A stretch of 64,000 nt of DNA from a bacterium (GCA_965218795.1 OZ244653.1:960001-1024000); one strand, 5' to 3'. Shown: positions 23,290 to 33,885, counted from the stretch's first letter. Notes: generated by a model from the letters alone, not told the origin. Numbers and translations: made by a program.

Positions 23290-24183
23290 TCAATCGTTTC
23301 GGCTTCCTCGAGAGCTATGTGAGATTTCCAGGCTAACGCAGCGTTTGTCTTCAATAGGCCTCACGGAATTCAGGCAAAGCCGTTTCCCGTCCTGCCTCTT
23401 GTGGGAATTTTCGCGCAACACCCTGTCCTGCAGGGCCGGGAATTCACTGCGGACTTCGGCGACGCGCGTCAGGTCCACGTCGGCTGTAAGGACCCCCTCC
23501 CGGTCATCCAGCGAGGCCACGGTCTCGCCCCACGGATCGACCGCCATGCTGTGGCCGCAATAACGTACGTCATCCTGCTCGCCGCAACTGTTGCACGAAA
23601 TCAAGAAACAGAGATTCTCAACCGCACGGGCGCGGTTAAACAGCTTCCAGTGCTCGAGCCTCGGATACGGCCATCCGGACGTGATCAGGAAGCATTCGGC
23701 CCCCATATCCAAAAGGACGCGGAAAAGCTCGGGGAACCGCAAATCGTAGCAGGTGGCCAGACCGAACTTCCCCACGGGGGTCTCGACGACGACCGGACCG
23801 TCACCCGCCGTCATCATCTCCTGCTCCTTGGATTGATAACCGAACAGATGGATTTTCCGATACGTGGCGAGGAGCTCCCCGGTCGGCGAGAGAAACACGG
23901 CCGTGTTGTGCAGACCCTGCTCCGAGCGCTCCACCCAGCTTCCCGCGAACAGGTGACATCCACGCTCCCGCGCGACCTCTTTCATCGCGGCCAGCGTGGA
24001 ACCCTGTTCCAGGTCTTCCGCATCCGGCTCCATCCTCCCGTAGGCGAATGCGCCCATTGTCCATAGCTCGGGCAGAAGGATCAGGTCCGCATCCCCTGTT
24101 CCACTGATCAACCCCTGGGCACGCCCGATCTGCTCTTCCTTCGACCGGTTCCCGGCGGCCAGCTGCACAGAAGCGATTTTCAT
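23290..24183 (-). CDS. Carbon-nitrogen hydrolase (nitrilase superfamily)
   Basis: LILLPELW, YRKIHLF, TCYDLRFPE (E-K-C triad). Confidence 0.92.
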   Translation of the reverse strand: MKIASVQLAAGNRSKEEQIGRAQGLISGTGDADLILLPELWTMGAFAYGRMEPDAEDLEQGSTLAAMKEVARERGCHLFAGSWVERSEQGLHNTAVFLSPTGELLATYRKIHLFGYQSKEQEMMTAGDGPVVVETPVGKFGLATCYDLRFPELFRVLLDMGAECFLITSGWPYPRLEHWKLFNRARAVENLCFLISCNSCGEQDDVRYCGHSMAVDPWGETVASLDDREGVLTADVDLTRVAEVRSEFPALQDRVLRENSHKRQDGKRLCLNSVRPIEDKRCVSLEISHSSRGSRND

Positions 24184-24287
24184 GAAATGGGTTCCCGTCC
24201 ACCGGCTCTTGCAGACACCTGAGATTCACTTTTTCAGCCATCATATATCTAATGTATTTATTCAATAAATATTACAGAATTATTTGA

Positions 24288-25130
24288 TTAGTTTGTACTT
24301 GATTCTTCCAAAAATTCCTCCATCTCGTAAGCCTCCTTATCCGGATAAAGCAGGAGGAAGCGGTCCCTGAATTTCTTGGATTGGCTGACCAGGATGTCCG
24401 CATGGGCCAGACAGCAGAGATGGAGCATCTCGTCATCGTCGCTCCGTTTGCGGTCTTCATATCTTATTTTGAACAGATATTGCTTCAAAAGAGGGATCCT
24501 CGCGAAGGTTCCGACCGCCGGACAGCGGACGATCTTGGTGTCCACCCTGCGGGCGATCTCTCCGGGCTTTTCCGCTCTGACGACGTCCCCCACCAACCTG
24601 CGGATGTAATCCCGCCGGTTTCCCTTCTCATAACGAACCAGAAAGGCGGAAAAGTCATCGATCCCCTCGGTATCGAAGGCCGATTCCTTGAACAGATGGT
24701 GCAGGACACGTCCAAACGCCTCCTGGCGGCTCATCCGCTCCCGGATATCCAACTCGCAGGAAACCTCGTACTTCCCTTCGGACAGGTCGGAAACCACCCT
24801 GCGCATCCGGTCCGCGTCCTCGTCCTCATAGTGCCACCAGAACCGGGGGATCATCTCCATCAGGGCCTGAATCTCATCCCGGATGATCCAGCCGAAGTGT
24901 TTCAGGATCCTGTCGGAGATGATCTTTCGGACGAGCTTGAACAGCTCGGCGCCCTCTCCCAAGTCACCGAACCGAAAAGCGCTGGTCAGGTCGATCAGCG
25001 CCGTGTCGTCGAAGGTCACTTCAATGTCGTCGTGCTCTTTGCTGGTCTTGTCTATCGACGTTCCGGCGGGTTCGATGTTTTCTTCCCGCAGATGTCTGTA
25101 TGCGCTGGCATCCAGATAAACAATTGGCAT
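24288..25130 (-). CDS. Hypothetical protein with PIN-like motifs
   Basis: N-terminal IVYLDAS and C-terminal DDEMLHL...ADILVSQ resemble PIN-fold elements. Confidence 0.5.
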   Translation of the reverse strand: MPIVYLDASAYRHLREENIEPAGTSIDKTSKEHDDIEVTFDDTALIDLTSAFRFGDLGEGAELFKLVRKIISDRILKHFGWIIRDEIQALMEMIPRFWWHYEDEDADRMRRVVSDLSEGKYEVSCELDIRERMSRQEAFGRVLHHLFKESAFDTEGIDDFSAFLVRYEKGNRRDYIRRLVGDVVRAEKPGEIARRVDTKIVRCPAVGTFARIPLLKQYLFKIRYEDRKRSDDDEMLHLCCLAHADILVSQSKKFRDRFLLLYPDKEAYEMEEFLEESSTN

Positions 25131-25145
25131 ATTCGGCCCTTTCGC

Positions 25146-25967
25146 TCAGCTTCCAATCTCGATGGTGACATGTTCGTCCACTTTTGCATTCAAGGCATGA
25201 GCGGCATTTCCCGAAGGGACAAAGATCTCCAACAATCCCCATGCATTGAACAAAGCGCCCGGAGAGAAACCGCCGGCTTCCTCATAATACTCCGCCAGAT
25301 CGGCCACCTTGCGGTTCTTCAGGATCACGTGCGTCGATTGGACCTCACGGTTCTCCGAGGCCTTTTCGAAGGAATCCCGATCGACGTTCGTGACCAGATT
25401 TCCGAATCGGTCGACATACAGGATGATTCCATGTATTCGGGCGCGCCTTTCTTGCTCATCGATTTCCAAAAGAGGGACCGGCACGGAATGGGTTACGGCA
25501 TCCATGATTTCCGATCCCGCCTCGGACGGATTCCCGCCGGAGGCCAATCGGGCCGCCACGGGGGCGAAAACGTCCCGCCCGTGAAACGTGGCCGAGGGAT
25601 CATCCAGGCACCACCGGCGGTTTTCCACTTCGAAGACCCGGACATCTTCCTGCTCCAGAACGAACGTGAGGAGACCGTTATCCGGCCCGACGAAAAGGTT
25701 CTTTTCTCCGTCCTCAACGATCATCCACCGCCGGTCTCCACCCACTCCGGGATCGACAACGGCCAAGTGGACCGTCCCCTTTGGAAAATATGGATAGGCC
25801 GCCTTGAGAACCAATCCCCCGGTCCGGACATCTTGGGGCGGGATGTCGTGAGAGATGTCTACCACGCGGGCGTCGGCGCATATCCCGAGGATGACGCCCC
25901 TCATCGTCCCCACAAACCCGTCTGCCAGACCAAAATCCGTGGTGAGGGTGATAATCGGAGGGCTCAT
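25146..25967 (-). CDS. SAM hydroxide adenosyltransferase / chlorinase-fluorinase family (DUF62)
   Basis: IITLTTDFG, VVDPGVG, GPDNG, TFHGRDVFAP, VDRFGNLVTN. Confidence 0.92.
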   Translation of the reverse strand: MSPPIITLTTDFGLADGFVGTMRGVILGICADARVVDISHDIPPQDVRTGGLVLKAAYPYFPKGTVHLAVVDPGVGGDRRWMIVEDGEKNLFVGPDNGLLTFVLEQEDVRVFEVENRRWCLDDPSATFHGRDVFAPVAARLASGGNPSEAGSEIMDAVTHSVPVPLLEIDEQERRARIHGIILYVDRFGNLVTNVDRDSFEKASENREVQSTHVILKNRKVADLAEYYEEAGGFSPGALFNAWGLLEIFVPSGNAAHALNAKVDEHVTIEIGS

Positions 25968-27322
25968 ACCGCCACGGGAAGACGCAAGGGCGTACCGACA
26001 ACGTGATCGGACCGGAGCCGGTCCACGCGCACCGGTATCAGCTCATTCATCCAGGAATCCGGCCCGGAAGTCAGGACGCGGATGTAATTTCCGGTCAACC
26101 CTTGAAGGAGTCCGTCTTTCTTGTCCCTGTGATGTTCAATGAGTACTTCAACCTCCCGCCCCAGGTGCGATTCGAAGAATTCTCTCCGCTTCCTGTGGCC
26201 CAGCTCGCGGAGGATCCTCGCGCGATGCTTCCGGACCTCCGGTGAGACGCTCGAGGGCATCGACGTCGCCCGGGTATTCCTTCGGAGCGAATAGGGAAAA
26301 ACGTGGAGGTAGGTGATTGGAAGCCCCTCGATCAGCTCACAGGTGCGGCGAAAGGCCTCATCGGTTTCGGTCGGGAAGCCGGCGATGACGTCGGCGCCGA
26401 TTCCGGCCGAGGGAAAGGCCCGTTTCAGTGCCCGGATCCGCTCGGCGTAATAAACCGCATTGTAGGGCCGCCTCATTTCTTTCAGAACCGCGTCATCACC
26501 ACTTTGCAGCGGAATATGGAAGTGGGGACTGACGCAGCGGGTATCGAAGAGGGCCTCGACGAGCTCGTCCGGAATTTCCCAGGGATTGAGCGAGCTGATA
26601 CGAAGCCGTTCCAAGCCGCCAATCACTCCGAGCCTCCGAACGAGCTCGGCCAGATCGGTCGGAGATTCGTGGTCCCAACCATAACTCCCTAAATCGACGC
26701 CGGTCAGGACCACTTCCCGAAACCCGTTCGCGACCAAGTCCTCGACTTGGCGAACTGCGCCGTCAAGAGAAAGGCTCCGGCTGGGACCACGGGCCAGCGT
26801 AATGGCGCAGAAAGAGCAGCGGAAGCCGCACCCGTCCTGCACCTTGATGAAGGCGCGGGTATGTCTCGGAAAATTTTGAATCGGGACTTCGTCGAACCCC
26901 TCGACGTGGTCCATCTCATCGATCTCGACGACCGGATTTCCCAAAGGCCGCTTATTGAGCCCGTGAGAATCAAGGAAAGCGCCGATCCGTTCTGTGAGCC
27001 GAAGCTTTTCCCGGTTTCCCAGAACCAGATCCACGCCACGCAGGCCAACCGCCTCATCCGGGCTGGCCTGCGGATAACAGCCCGCAAGGACGACGAGCGC
27101 ATCACGGTTGGCCCGGACCGCTCTTCGGGCCAACTGACGGGAGCGATAATCGCTCTTGCCGGTCACCGTGCACGTATTGATCACGTAGATGTCCGCCGGA
27201 TTCTCGAAGGGGACCACCTCATAGCCTCCCTTCTCCAGGCCCTCGACCATTGACGCCGTCTCGGACTGGTTCATCCGGCAGCCCAGTGTGTCCAGACCCA
27301 CCCGAAGCGCTTCACGACTCAT
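25964..27322 (-). CDS. mtaB: tRNA t6A37 methylthiotransferase
   Basis: TLGCRMNQSE, INTCTVT, KVQDGCGFRCSFC, LHVFPYS, LTGNY. Confidence 0.9.
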   Translation of the reverse strand: MSREALRVGLDTLGCRMNQSETASMVEGLEKGGYEVVPFENPADIYVINTCTVTGKSDYRSRQLARRAVRANRDALVVLAGCYPQASPDEAVGLRGVDLVLGNREKLRLTERIGAFLDSHGLNKRPLGNPVVEIDEMDHVEGFDEVPIQNFPRHTRAFIKVQDGCGFRCSFCAITLARGPSRSLSLDGAVRQVEDLVANGFREVVLTGVDLGSYGWDHESPTDLAELVRRLGVIGGLERLRISSLNPWEIPDELVEALFDTRCVSPHFHIPLQSGDDAVLKEMRRPYNAVYYAERIRALKRAFPSAGIGADVIAGFPTETDEAFRRTCELIEGLPITYLHVFPYSLRRNTRATSMPSSVSPEVRKHRARILRELGHRKRREFFESHLGREVEVLIEHHRDKKDGLLQGLTGNYIRVLTSGPDSWMNELIPVRVDRLRSDHVVGTPLRLPVAV

Positions 27323-27643
27323 TGACGGCCTACCTTATTCCATATCAAAGCCCGGGTCATCCGACTCGCGGGGCTCAATATGACAGAATCCCGCGCGTTC
27401 ACCTAAATTAATGCGAATGAACCGGAGGGACAAGCCCCATTCGCCGGAGGAAGGCCGGGGCGAATCCCGCGGACCTTTGAACTTGACTTCTCACCGCCCC
27501 ATTTGCTACTTTTACTCACTGGATTCACCCGAGGAAAGAGACCTTCGCTCTCCCCTCCTGTTTCGCGCAATCTGCCTTTGTTTGCAGTTGCCACTTTCCA
27601 ATCGGAATGCTCCGTACGCCGGATGGAGGTTACGGATTTGGTG

Positions 27644-28507
27644 ATGAGGCCATTTGAGTACACGTCCCCTGGGAGTTTGGAAGAGGCGCTTTCGGTGTTG
27701 TCGGTGGCGGATTCGGATTGGCACGTTTTGTCTGGTGGAACGAACCTGGTGGTGGAGTTGCGGGACCGTAAGAAGAGTCCTTCGGTGGTGGTGGACATCT
27801 GTTTTTTGGAGGACCTTCGGTACATTCGGGAGGAAGGAGAGAGGATACTCATTGGTGCCCGTGCGAGCGTGGAGGACCTGCTTCGCTCAGAGTTGATCCG
27901 GGAGCGGGCGGGTATTCTTCGGGAGTGCGCGCTGAACTTTGCGGGTCCTCCGATTCGGAACCGGGCGACGGTGGCGGGCAACGTCGTGGACGCCTCTCCG
28001 GCAGCGGACTGCGTGCCTCCTCTTCAGGCGCTGGACGCGGTGGCGGTTTTGCGGAGCGCGGGCGGGGAGCGTCGCGTGGGGCTTCAGGAGTTTGTGACGG
28101 GTGTTCGCGAGACGGTTCGTCGTCCGGACGAGTTGTTGGTGGAGCTTTCGTTTTCGGGTCTGGACGGTGAATCGGGCTACGGGTATTACAAGCTGGGCCG
28201 TCGCAAGGCGATGGCGATTTCCGTGGTGAGCGCGGCGGTGGTACTTCGGATGTCCGGGGGTCGTTGCCGTAGTGCGGGGATATCGCTGGGCGCGGCGTCT
28301 CCGGTCCCGATACGAGTGGGTGCGGCGGAGTCTTTGCTGAGTCAGGGTGGTTTTGTGTCAGATGCGTTGATCGAGGAGTGCGGTCGGTTGGCGGGTTCGG
28401 CCTCTTGTCCGATCGATGACATACGGGCCTCGGGGGAGTATCGCCGTTTGATGTGCGAGGTGCTGACGAAGCGTTTGCTTCGTCGAGCGCTGGGCCGGGA
28501 GGGTTGA
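27644..28507 (+). CDS. Xanthine dehydrogenase family FAD-binding subunit (CoxM-like)
   Basis: PFEYTSP, LSGGTNL, IRNRATVAGN, IDDIRASGEYRR. Confidence 0.9.
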   Translation: MRPFEYTSPGSLEEALSVLSVADSDWHVLSGGTNLVVELRDRKKSPSVVVDICFLEDLRYIREEGERILIGARASVEDLLRSELIRERAGILRECALNFAGPPIRNRATVAGNVVDASPAADCVPPLQALDAVAVLRSAGGERRVGLQEFVTGVRETVRRPDELLVELSFSGLDGESGYGYYKLGRRKAMAISVVSAAVVLRMSGGRCRSAGISLGAASPVPIRVGAAESLLSQGGFVSDALIEECGRLAGSASCPIDDIRASGEYRRLMCEVLTKRLLRRALGREG

Positions 28508-28511
28508 GGGT

Positions 28512-28985
28512 ATGGATCGAGAGCGGACGGTCCGGTTTGAGTTGAACGGTGAGTTGGTGGAGCGGCGTTTTCGGGTGAACGAGTCGCTGTTGAACGCGCT
28601 TCGTTACGAGTTGGGCGCAACGGAGGTGAAGAACGGTTGCGAGAAGGGTGACTGCGGGGCCTGCGTGGTTCTGGTGGACGGTCGCGCGGAGAACACGTGC
28701 TGCATGCTGGCGGTGCAGGCGGCGGGCAAGGTGGTGGAGACGGTGAAGGGGATGGGGAGCGTGGAGTCGCTTCATCCTCTTCAGGAGTCGTTCATCGAGT
28801 TGGGTGCGATCCAGTGCGGTTTTTGTACGCCGGGGATGCTGTGCGCGGCGAAGGGACTGTTGTCGGAGTACCCGGCGGCGAGTCGGGACGAGATCAAGGT
28901 GGGGATATCGGGCAATCTGTGCCGCTGCACGGGGTATGTGAAGATCATCGACGCCATCGAGGCCGTCGTCCAGGGAAAGTATTGA
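28512..28985 (+). CDS. (2Fe-2S)-binding subunit (CoxS-like)
   Basis: GCEKGDCGAC, QCGFCTPG, GNLCRCTGY. Confidence 0.93.
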   Translation: MDRERTVRFELNGELVERRFRVNESLLNALRYELGATEVKNGCEKGDCGACVVLVDGRAENTCCMLAVQAAGKVVETVKGMGSVESLHPLQESFIELGAIQCGFCTPGMLCAAKGLLSEYPAASRDEIKVGISGNLCRCTGYVKIIDAIEAVVQGKY

Positions 28986-29204
28986 CGATGCCACAACGGA
29001 GGGATAATTAAACGAGTGGAATGAAGCTTGAGCGAACGCCCGCGCGCACAGGCGCGCCGGGCGTTTGTTATGAGTTCAACGTCTCGCGGGTCTTTTTCTC
29101 CGGAACCACGCGAAATCCTTCGATTCCGAATCCCAATGGTCCGGCGGACGGGCCTCCGATGGGGCGAATCGCCGACCTATAACTACCAACGAGAGTGCCT
29201 TCGG

Positions 29205-30092
29205 ATGTTCAAGACGATAGAAGACCTTCAGGAGCAGTTGCGAACAAAGAATTATATCGCGGACCGGCAACTCGCCACGACCATGTTCCTTTCCACGGAA
29301 ATGAGGAAGCCCATTTTCCTGGAAGGGGAAGCGGGTGTCGGAAAAACCGACGTGGCGAATGTGCTGGCCGATATCACGGGTTCCCAGCTCATTCGTCTCC
29401 AGTGCTATGAAGGTCTGGACGCCAACACGGCACTGTATGAATGGAACTACGCGAAACAGCTCCTTCGCATCAAGATGGAGGAAGCGACGGGGGGTTCGAG
29501 GCAGGTGCTGGAGGAGACCATCTTCAGCCCGGAATTTCTGGTTTCACGTCCCCTGCTCCAGGCCATCCAGGACAGCAACGACCAATCTCCCGTGCTCCTC
29601 ATTGACGAGGTGGACCGGAGCGACGAGGAGTTCGAGGCGTTCCTCCTGGAGATACTCGCGGATTTCCAGATCTCCATTCCGGAGATTGGCACCATTCGGG
29701 CGAAGCATAAACCTTACGTGATCCTCACATCCAACCGGACCCGCGACGTTCACGACGCCCTGAAGCGCCGTTGCCTGTACCTGTGGATCGATTATCCGAC
29801 GTTCGACAAAGAGCTGGAAATCGTTCAGGTCAAGATGCCCGGCATCGGCGAGTCGCTGGCGCGCCAAATCTGCAACTTCATGCAGGGGTTTCGCGAAGCC
29901 GACTTTTACAAGAAACCCGGAATCGCCGAAACGCTCGATTGGGCTACCGCCTTGGTGACCCTCCACAAAAACGATCTGGACACCGCTGCGGTCAACGACA
30001 CGCTGGGGGCGATCTTCAAGTATCAGGAAGACGTGATTCGCGCGAAGGAAGAAGCCGTCCCCATGCTGATGAGCCGTTACGCGGGGGAGTAA
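29205..30092 (+). CDS. MoxR/CoxD-type AAA+ ATPase
   Basis: EGEAGVGKT, RLQCYEGLD, LLIDEVDRSDEEFEAFLLE, TSNRTRDVHDALKRRC. Confidence 0.92.
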   Translation: MFKTIEDLQEQLRTKNYIADRQLATTMFLSTEMRKPIFLEGEAGVGKTDVANVLADITGSQLIRLQCYEGLDANTALYEWNYAKQLLRIKMEEATGGSRQVLEETIFSPEFLVSRPLLQAIQDSNDQSPVLLIDEVDRSDEEFEAFLLEILADFQISIPEIGTIRAKHKPYVILTSNRTRDVHDALKRRCLYLWIDYPTFDKELEIVQVKMPGIGESLARQICNFMQGFREADFYKKPGIAETLDWATALVTLHKNDLDTAAVNDTLGAIFKYQEDVIRAKEEAVPMLMSRYAGE

Positions 30093-30096
30093 GCCG

Positions 30097-31389
30097 TTGC
30101 TCGAAGGTCAAGCCGCACCGGTCGCCGACGGAAAACGCAAGGTCCCCGTTCCGCGTGGAGCCCAGCACAGGGACTTCACACGGGACATGCTGGGCTTCTG
30201 CCGTGTCCTCCGAGAGAGGCAGGTGAAGGTCACGACAGGCCGGGTGCTGGATCTGTACAAGAGCCTTCAGCTCATCGACATGGCCCAGAAGGATGACTTC
30301 CGGTCGGCCTCCCGGGCCAACCTCGTTTCCAGCTACGACGAGCTGAAGGTATTCGACGAGGTGTTCAATGAGTATTGGGGCATCGAGCACGATGAGGAGT
30401 TCCCCGAAGGATTGGAAGGATGCGGCCCGGAGAGCGAGCCCCCGCCCATGGATATGGACGGATGCGGACCGGAGGGCGAAGACCAGGGTCAGGAAGGCGA
30501 TCAGGAAGGTACCGAGGAAGAAGGAGAAGGCCAGGGCGAAGAGGAAGAGCTTTTCATGCTGGACGACGAGGAGGGCGCGGAAGGGGAAGAGGGCGATGAA
30601 TCCGGAGAAGAGGACAACCTTCCCAGCTACAGCCCCTTTGAAGTGCTTTCCGTCAAGGATTTCGGGAACATCAAGGATGAAGAAGTCGTCGAAATTCGCA
30701 AGCTCATCGCCGAGCTGGCTCCGAAGCTCGCAACGCGGCTCAGCCGGAGAAAAACCGCAACGCCTCAAAAGAAGCTGGTCGATATGCGGCGGACCATTCG
30801 GAAAAATCTCCGGTTCGGCGGCGAAATCGTCAACCTGTTTCACCGCAAGCAGAAGATCAAAAAGAACGACCTGGTCCTGTTATGCGACGTGAGCGGTTCG
30901 ATGGACGCGTACAGCCAGTTCCTGGTCCAGTTCATCTACGGCCTGCAGAGCGAGATCAAGAACATCCAGACGGCGGTCTTCAGCACGCGCCTGACCATCG
31001 CCACCCCGCACCTGAAAGAACGGGATCTCTACAAGGCGCTCGCCCGTCTGGCCGAAAAGGTGCACGACTGGTCGGGCGGCACCAACATCGGCGGATGCCT
31101 GAAGACATTCAACGAGCGCTGGGGGACCATGATGGTCTCCAAGCGGACGATTGTCATCATCATCAGCGACGGGTGGGACCGGGGCGAGATCGATGTCCTG
31201 GAACGCGAGATGCGGCGCCTGAAGAGCCGGGCCCGTCGGGTGATCTGGCTCAACCCCCTGCTGGGCAGTCCCGGGTACAAACCCATTGATCGGGGGATGC
31301 GCACCGCCCTTCCGTATCTGGACCAGTTCCTTCCCGCGCATAATCTGAAGTCCCTGACCGTCCTGGCGGAATCTCTGAGCCTCGAATAA
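30097..31389 (+). CDS. CoxE-type VWA domain protein with long acidic linker
   Basis: LCDVSGSM, WSGGTNIG, IISDGWDRG, IWLNPL. Confidence 0.92.
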   Translation: MLEGQAAPVADGKRKVPVPRGAQHRDFTRDMLGFCRVLRERQVKVTTGRVLDLYKSLQLIDMAQKDDFRSASRANLVSSYDELKVFDEVFNEYWGIEHDEEFPEGLEGCGPESEPPPMDMDGCGPEGEDQGQEGDQEGTEEEGEGQGEEEELFMLDDEEGAEGEEGDESGEEDNLPSYSPFEVLSVKDFGNIKDEEVVEIRKLIAELAPKLATRLSRRKTATPQKKLVDMRRTIRKNLRFGGEIVNLFHRKQKIKKNDLVLLCDVSGSMDAYSQFLVQFIYGLQSEIKNIQTAVFSTRLTIATPHLKERDLYKALARLAEKVHDWSGGTNIGGCLKTFNERWGTMMVSKRTIVIIISDGWDRGEIDVLEREMRRLKSRARRVIWLNPLLGSPGYKPIDRGMRTALPYLDQFLPAHNLKSLTVLAESLSLE

Positions 31390-31643
31390 CCCTCCCGCCG
31401 CTTTCAGGCGATTGGGTAGAAGCGAACTTGACGGCAACTACATTTTCCTCTACCGCTGCGTAGGCGCTGATACAGTATGAATAGAAGGCAACGATAGAGG
31501 ACTCACAACAAGGGGATAGAATAAAGGGTTGTTAGTGGGCGGTGCATGTGTGTACACTGCATCGCCTTTTGGCGATACCTGGAAATCCCTAACTCCAAGA
31601 GTGAGACCATGGTGCAGCATGTGACACGCAAGCAGAAATCAAG

Positions 31644-31820
31644 ATGAAGGTCTTCGGCATGTCCATTTCCCCATTTCGCCTCGTGACGAAATATCTGGAA
31701 GGCGCCTTTCACATCGAGGAAAGCCGCCTCTATGTCAGCCGCGGGCTTGGCACAACGGGAATTCCCGTCCGGATCGGATCGCGCCCCGAACTCACCGCCA
31801 TCCGCCTCATTCGCGCTTGA
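31644..31820 (+). pseudogene. C-terminal remnant of a YkuE/YaeI-type metallophosphoesterase
   Basis: Manual translation MKVFG...LYVSRGLGTTGIPVRIGSRPELTAIRL; no N-terminal part upstream. Confidence 0.6.
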
Positions 31821-31886
31821 ATCGAGAAAAGCCGCCACTCCGACTCGAAGCGACGGTCTCTCTGACCGGTTGCGCTGATTGACGGT

Positions 31887-32555
31887 TCAGACCGGCCAGC
31901 TCTCCAGCCTGTTGGACATATCCCAAAAGAGATACTCATAGCGGCTGCTCGTCAGGAATATCTCGGTCAGCGACTGTTTCCGGTCGTTCGGCAGGTCGCC
32001 GGCCAGATCGTCGAGCAGACCGCAGAGCCAGCGCGCGATCTCCTGGAAATCCTCCGACGAATAGGTCTTGATCCAATCGGCGTAGGGATTGGCCTCGGTG
32101 ACATCGCCCTCGCGCTCCAGCATCGCACCCAATTCGGCGTATCCCCATTGACATGGCATGAGGGCGGCCGCGACCTCCGGCAATCCCCCGGAGTGGGCCG
32201 CCTCCAGCAGATGCCTCGTATAGGCGTACGCCGTGGGGGCAAGTTTCGCCGATTCCAGCTCCTGCGCCGATATTCCGAACCGCTCGGCATAGGATCGGTG
32301 AAGCTCCATCTCCTGATTCAGCGTGGCGTCCAGCAGCCCGGCAAACCTCCCCATCGTCTCCAGGCCGCCCCCTTTTGTCACGGCCAGGGCCAGAACCCGA
32401 GCGTATTCGACCAGGAATACGTAATCCTGGGCCATATAAAAGCGGAACGCCTCAAGCGGAACCGAGCCGTCCCCCAGCCCCTGAATGAAAGGATGCCGCC
32501 GAATCTCATTCCAGACGATCTCGCCCTGTTTTTTCAGCGCCTGGGTAAATCCCAT
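31887..32555 (-). CDS. tenA: Thiaminase II / TenA
   Basis: HPFIQGLGDG, FYMAQDYVFL, AYTRHL, LMPCQWGY, YEYLFWDM. Confidence 0.92.
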   Translation of the reverse strand: MGFTQALKKQGEIVWNEIRRHPFIQGLGDGSVPLEAFRFYMAQDYVFLVEYARVLALAVTKGGGLETMGRFAGLLDATLNQEMELHRSYAERFGISAQELESAKLAPTAYAYTRHLLEAAHSGGLPEVAAALMPCQWGYAELGAMLEREGDVTEANPYADWIKTYSSEDFQEIARWLCGLLDDLAGDLPNDRKQSLTEIFLTSSRYEYLFWDMSNRLESWPV

Positions 32556-32578
32556 CGGAGGGTTCCCCTCTTGAGTCA

Positions 32579-33319
32579 TCAGTAAAACACCTCGACGAGG
32601 AACAGGCCGCAGGCGGGGGCCGTCGGTCCCGCCAGGGTCCGCTCCTTCGATTCCAGAATTTCTTTGACCCATTGCGGTCTTCTTTTCTTTTTCCCCACAT
32701 CGACCAGGGTCCCGGCGATGGTCCTCACCATGTACCGCAGGAATCCGTCGGCGGTCACCCGGATCTCAATGGAGTCGCTCTCTTGGAGGACGCGAGCCTC
32801 CTCGATCGTCCTCACCGAATCGCGCGGCAAATCGGAATCCCCGCCCCAGAAGGCGCGAAAATCATGCGTGCCGACCAGGTATTGGGCCCCCTCGCGCATC
32901 GCGTGGACGTCCAGCGGGGAGATGATATGCCAAGCGTAGTTCCTGAGAATGGCCGAGGGGGATTCCCGGTTGAGGATGACATACTTGTAGGCCTTCCCCC
33001 GGGTGCGATACTGGGCGTGAAAATCCGCTTCCATTTCCTCCACCCGCTTCACGACGACATCTTCCGGCAATCGGGCGTTCAGTGCGCGCCGAAGCTCCTC
33101 GGGCTGAATGGATGTCTCCAGGCTGAAATTGGCCATCTGGGCAAGGGCGTGCACTCCGGCGTCCGTTCGACCCGATGCGTAAACCGTCGGCCTGACGCCG
33201 CAGATCCGCTCAATGGCGTCCAGAAGCGCACCTTGCACCGTCGGAGCGTTTTTCTGTAACTGCCAGCCGTGGTAAGCCGTTCCGTCATATTCCAGCGTCA
33301 GAGCGAAATTTTTCGTCAT
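32579..33319 (-). CDS. truA: tRNA pseudouridine(38-40) synthase
   Basis: LEYDGTAYHGWQ, SGRTDAGVHA, GFLRYMVR, GPTAPACGL. Confidence 0.95.
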   Translation of the reverse strand: MTKNFALTLEYDGTAYHGWQLQKNAPTVQGALLDAIERICGVRPTVYASGRTDAGVHALAQMANFSLETSIQPEELRRALNARLPEDVVVKRVEEMEADFHAQYRTRGKAYKYVILNRESPSAILRNYAWHIISPLDVHAMREGAQYLVGTHDFRAFWGGDSDLPRDSVRTIEEARVLQESDSIEIRVTADGFLRYMVRTIAGTLVDVGKKKRRPQWVKEILESKERTLAGPTAPACGLFLVEVFY

Positions 33320-33678
33320 CGAGGAAATTCCACTATGGGTCGGACGGACGCGCCACTCTGAAGGAGGCTCAGTATTGCAACGCACATTACGATTGTAAAG
33401 GAACCCGGAGGGGTCCGGTTGGAACCGAATCGCGGATAGGGATCACACCCCCTGTTCCGTCGGGCGCATGGACTGAATTCAGTTTTCATAAAGTCTTTGA
33501 CGTAGAAGAAATCTTTTATTAAGATCCTGTCGTTGGATTCGTAGTAGATCTCGGTTGACATTCCACGTGAGATGGCGGCGGTCCGACACGGGGAGACCTG
33601 TCCCGGAGATATGTGCCGGGGTACGGGGGTGTATGGTCATATGGGGCCAGCGAAACGTTTTGGGAGGTGTAAGGTCGT

Positions 33679-33885
33679 ATGCGGATAGGGACAGTGAAGT
33701 GGTTCAATGAATCAAAAGGATATGGGTTCATCAGCCAGGAGGAGGGACCGGACGTCTTCGTCCATTATTCCTCCATCACGATGGACGGGTTCAAAACTCT
33801 TGCAGAAGGGGATATGGTCAATTTCGAGGTAGAGGAAGGCCCGAAAGGCCTGAAGGCCATTAACGTATCGCGCGCACCCGAATGA
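33679..33885 (+). CDS. Cold-shock domain protein
   Basis: [22 protein letters not shown]; strong GGAGG RBS. Confidence 0.95.
   Translation: MRIGTVKWFNESKGYGFISQEEGPDVFVHYSSITMDGFKTLAEGDMVNFEVEEGPKGLKAINVSRAPE

Noticed and set aside
25146-25967. Halogenase for a natural-product cluster
   Set aside because: The HGRD motif and housekeeping context fit the common DUF62 SAM hydrolase.
32555-32800. TPP riboswitch upstream of tenA
   Set aside because: tenA starts about 24 bp after truA, and no CTGAGA-type TPP consensus is visible.
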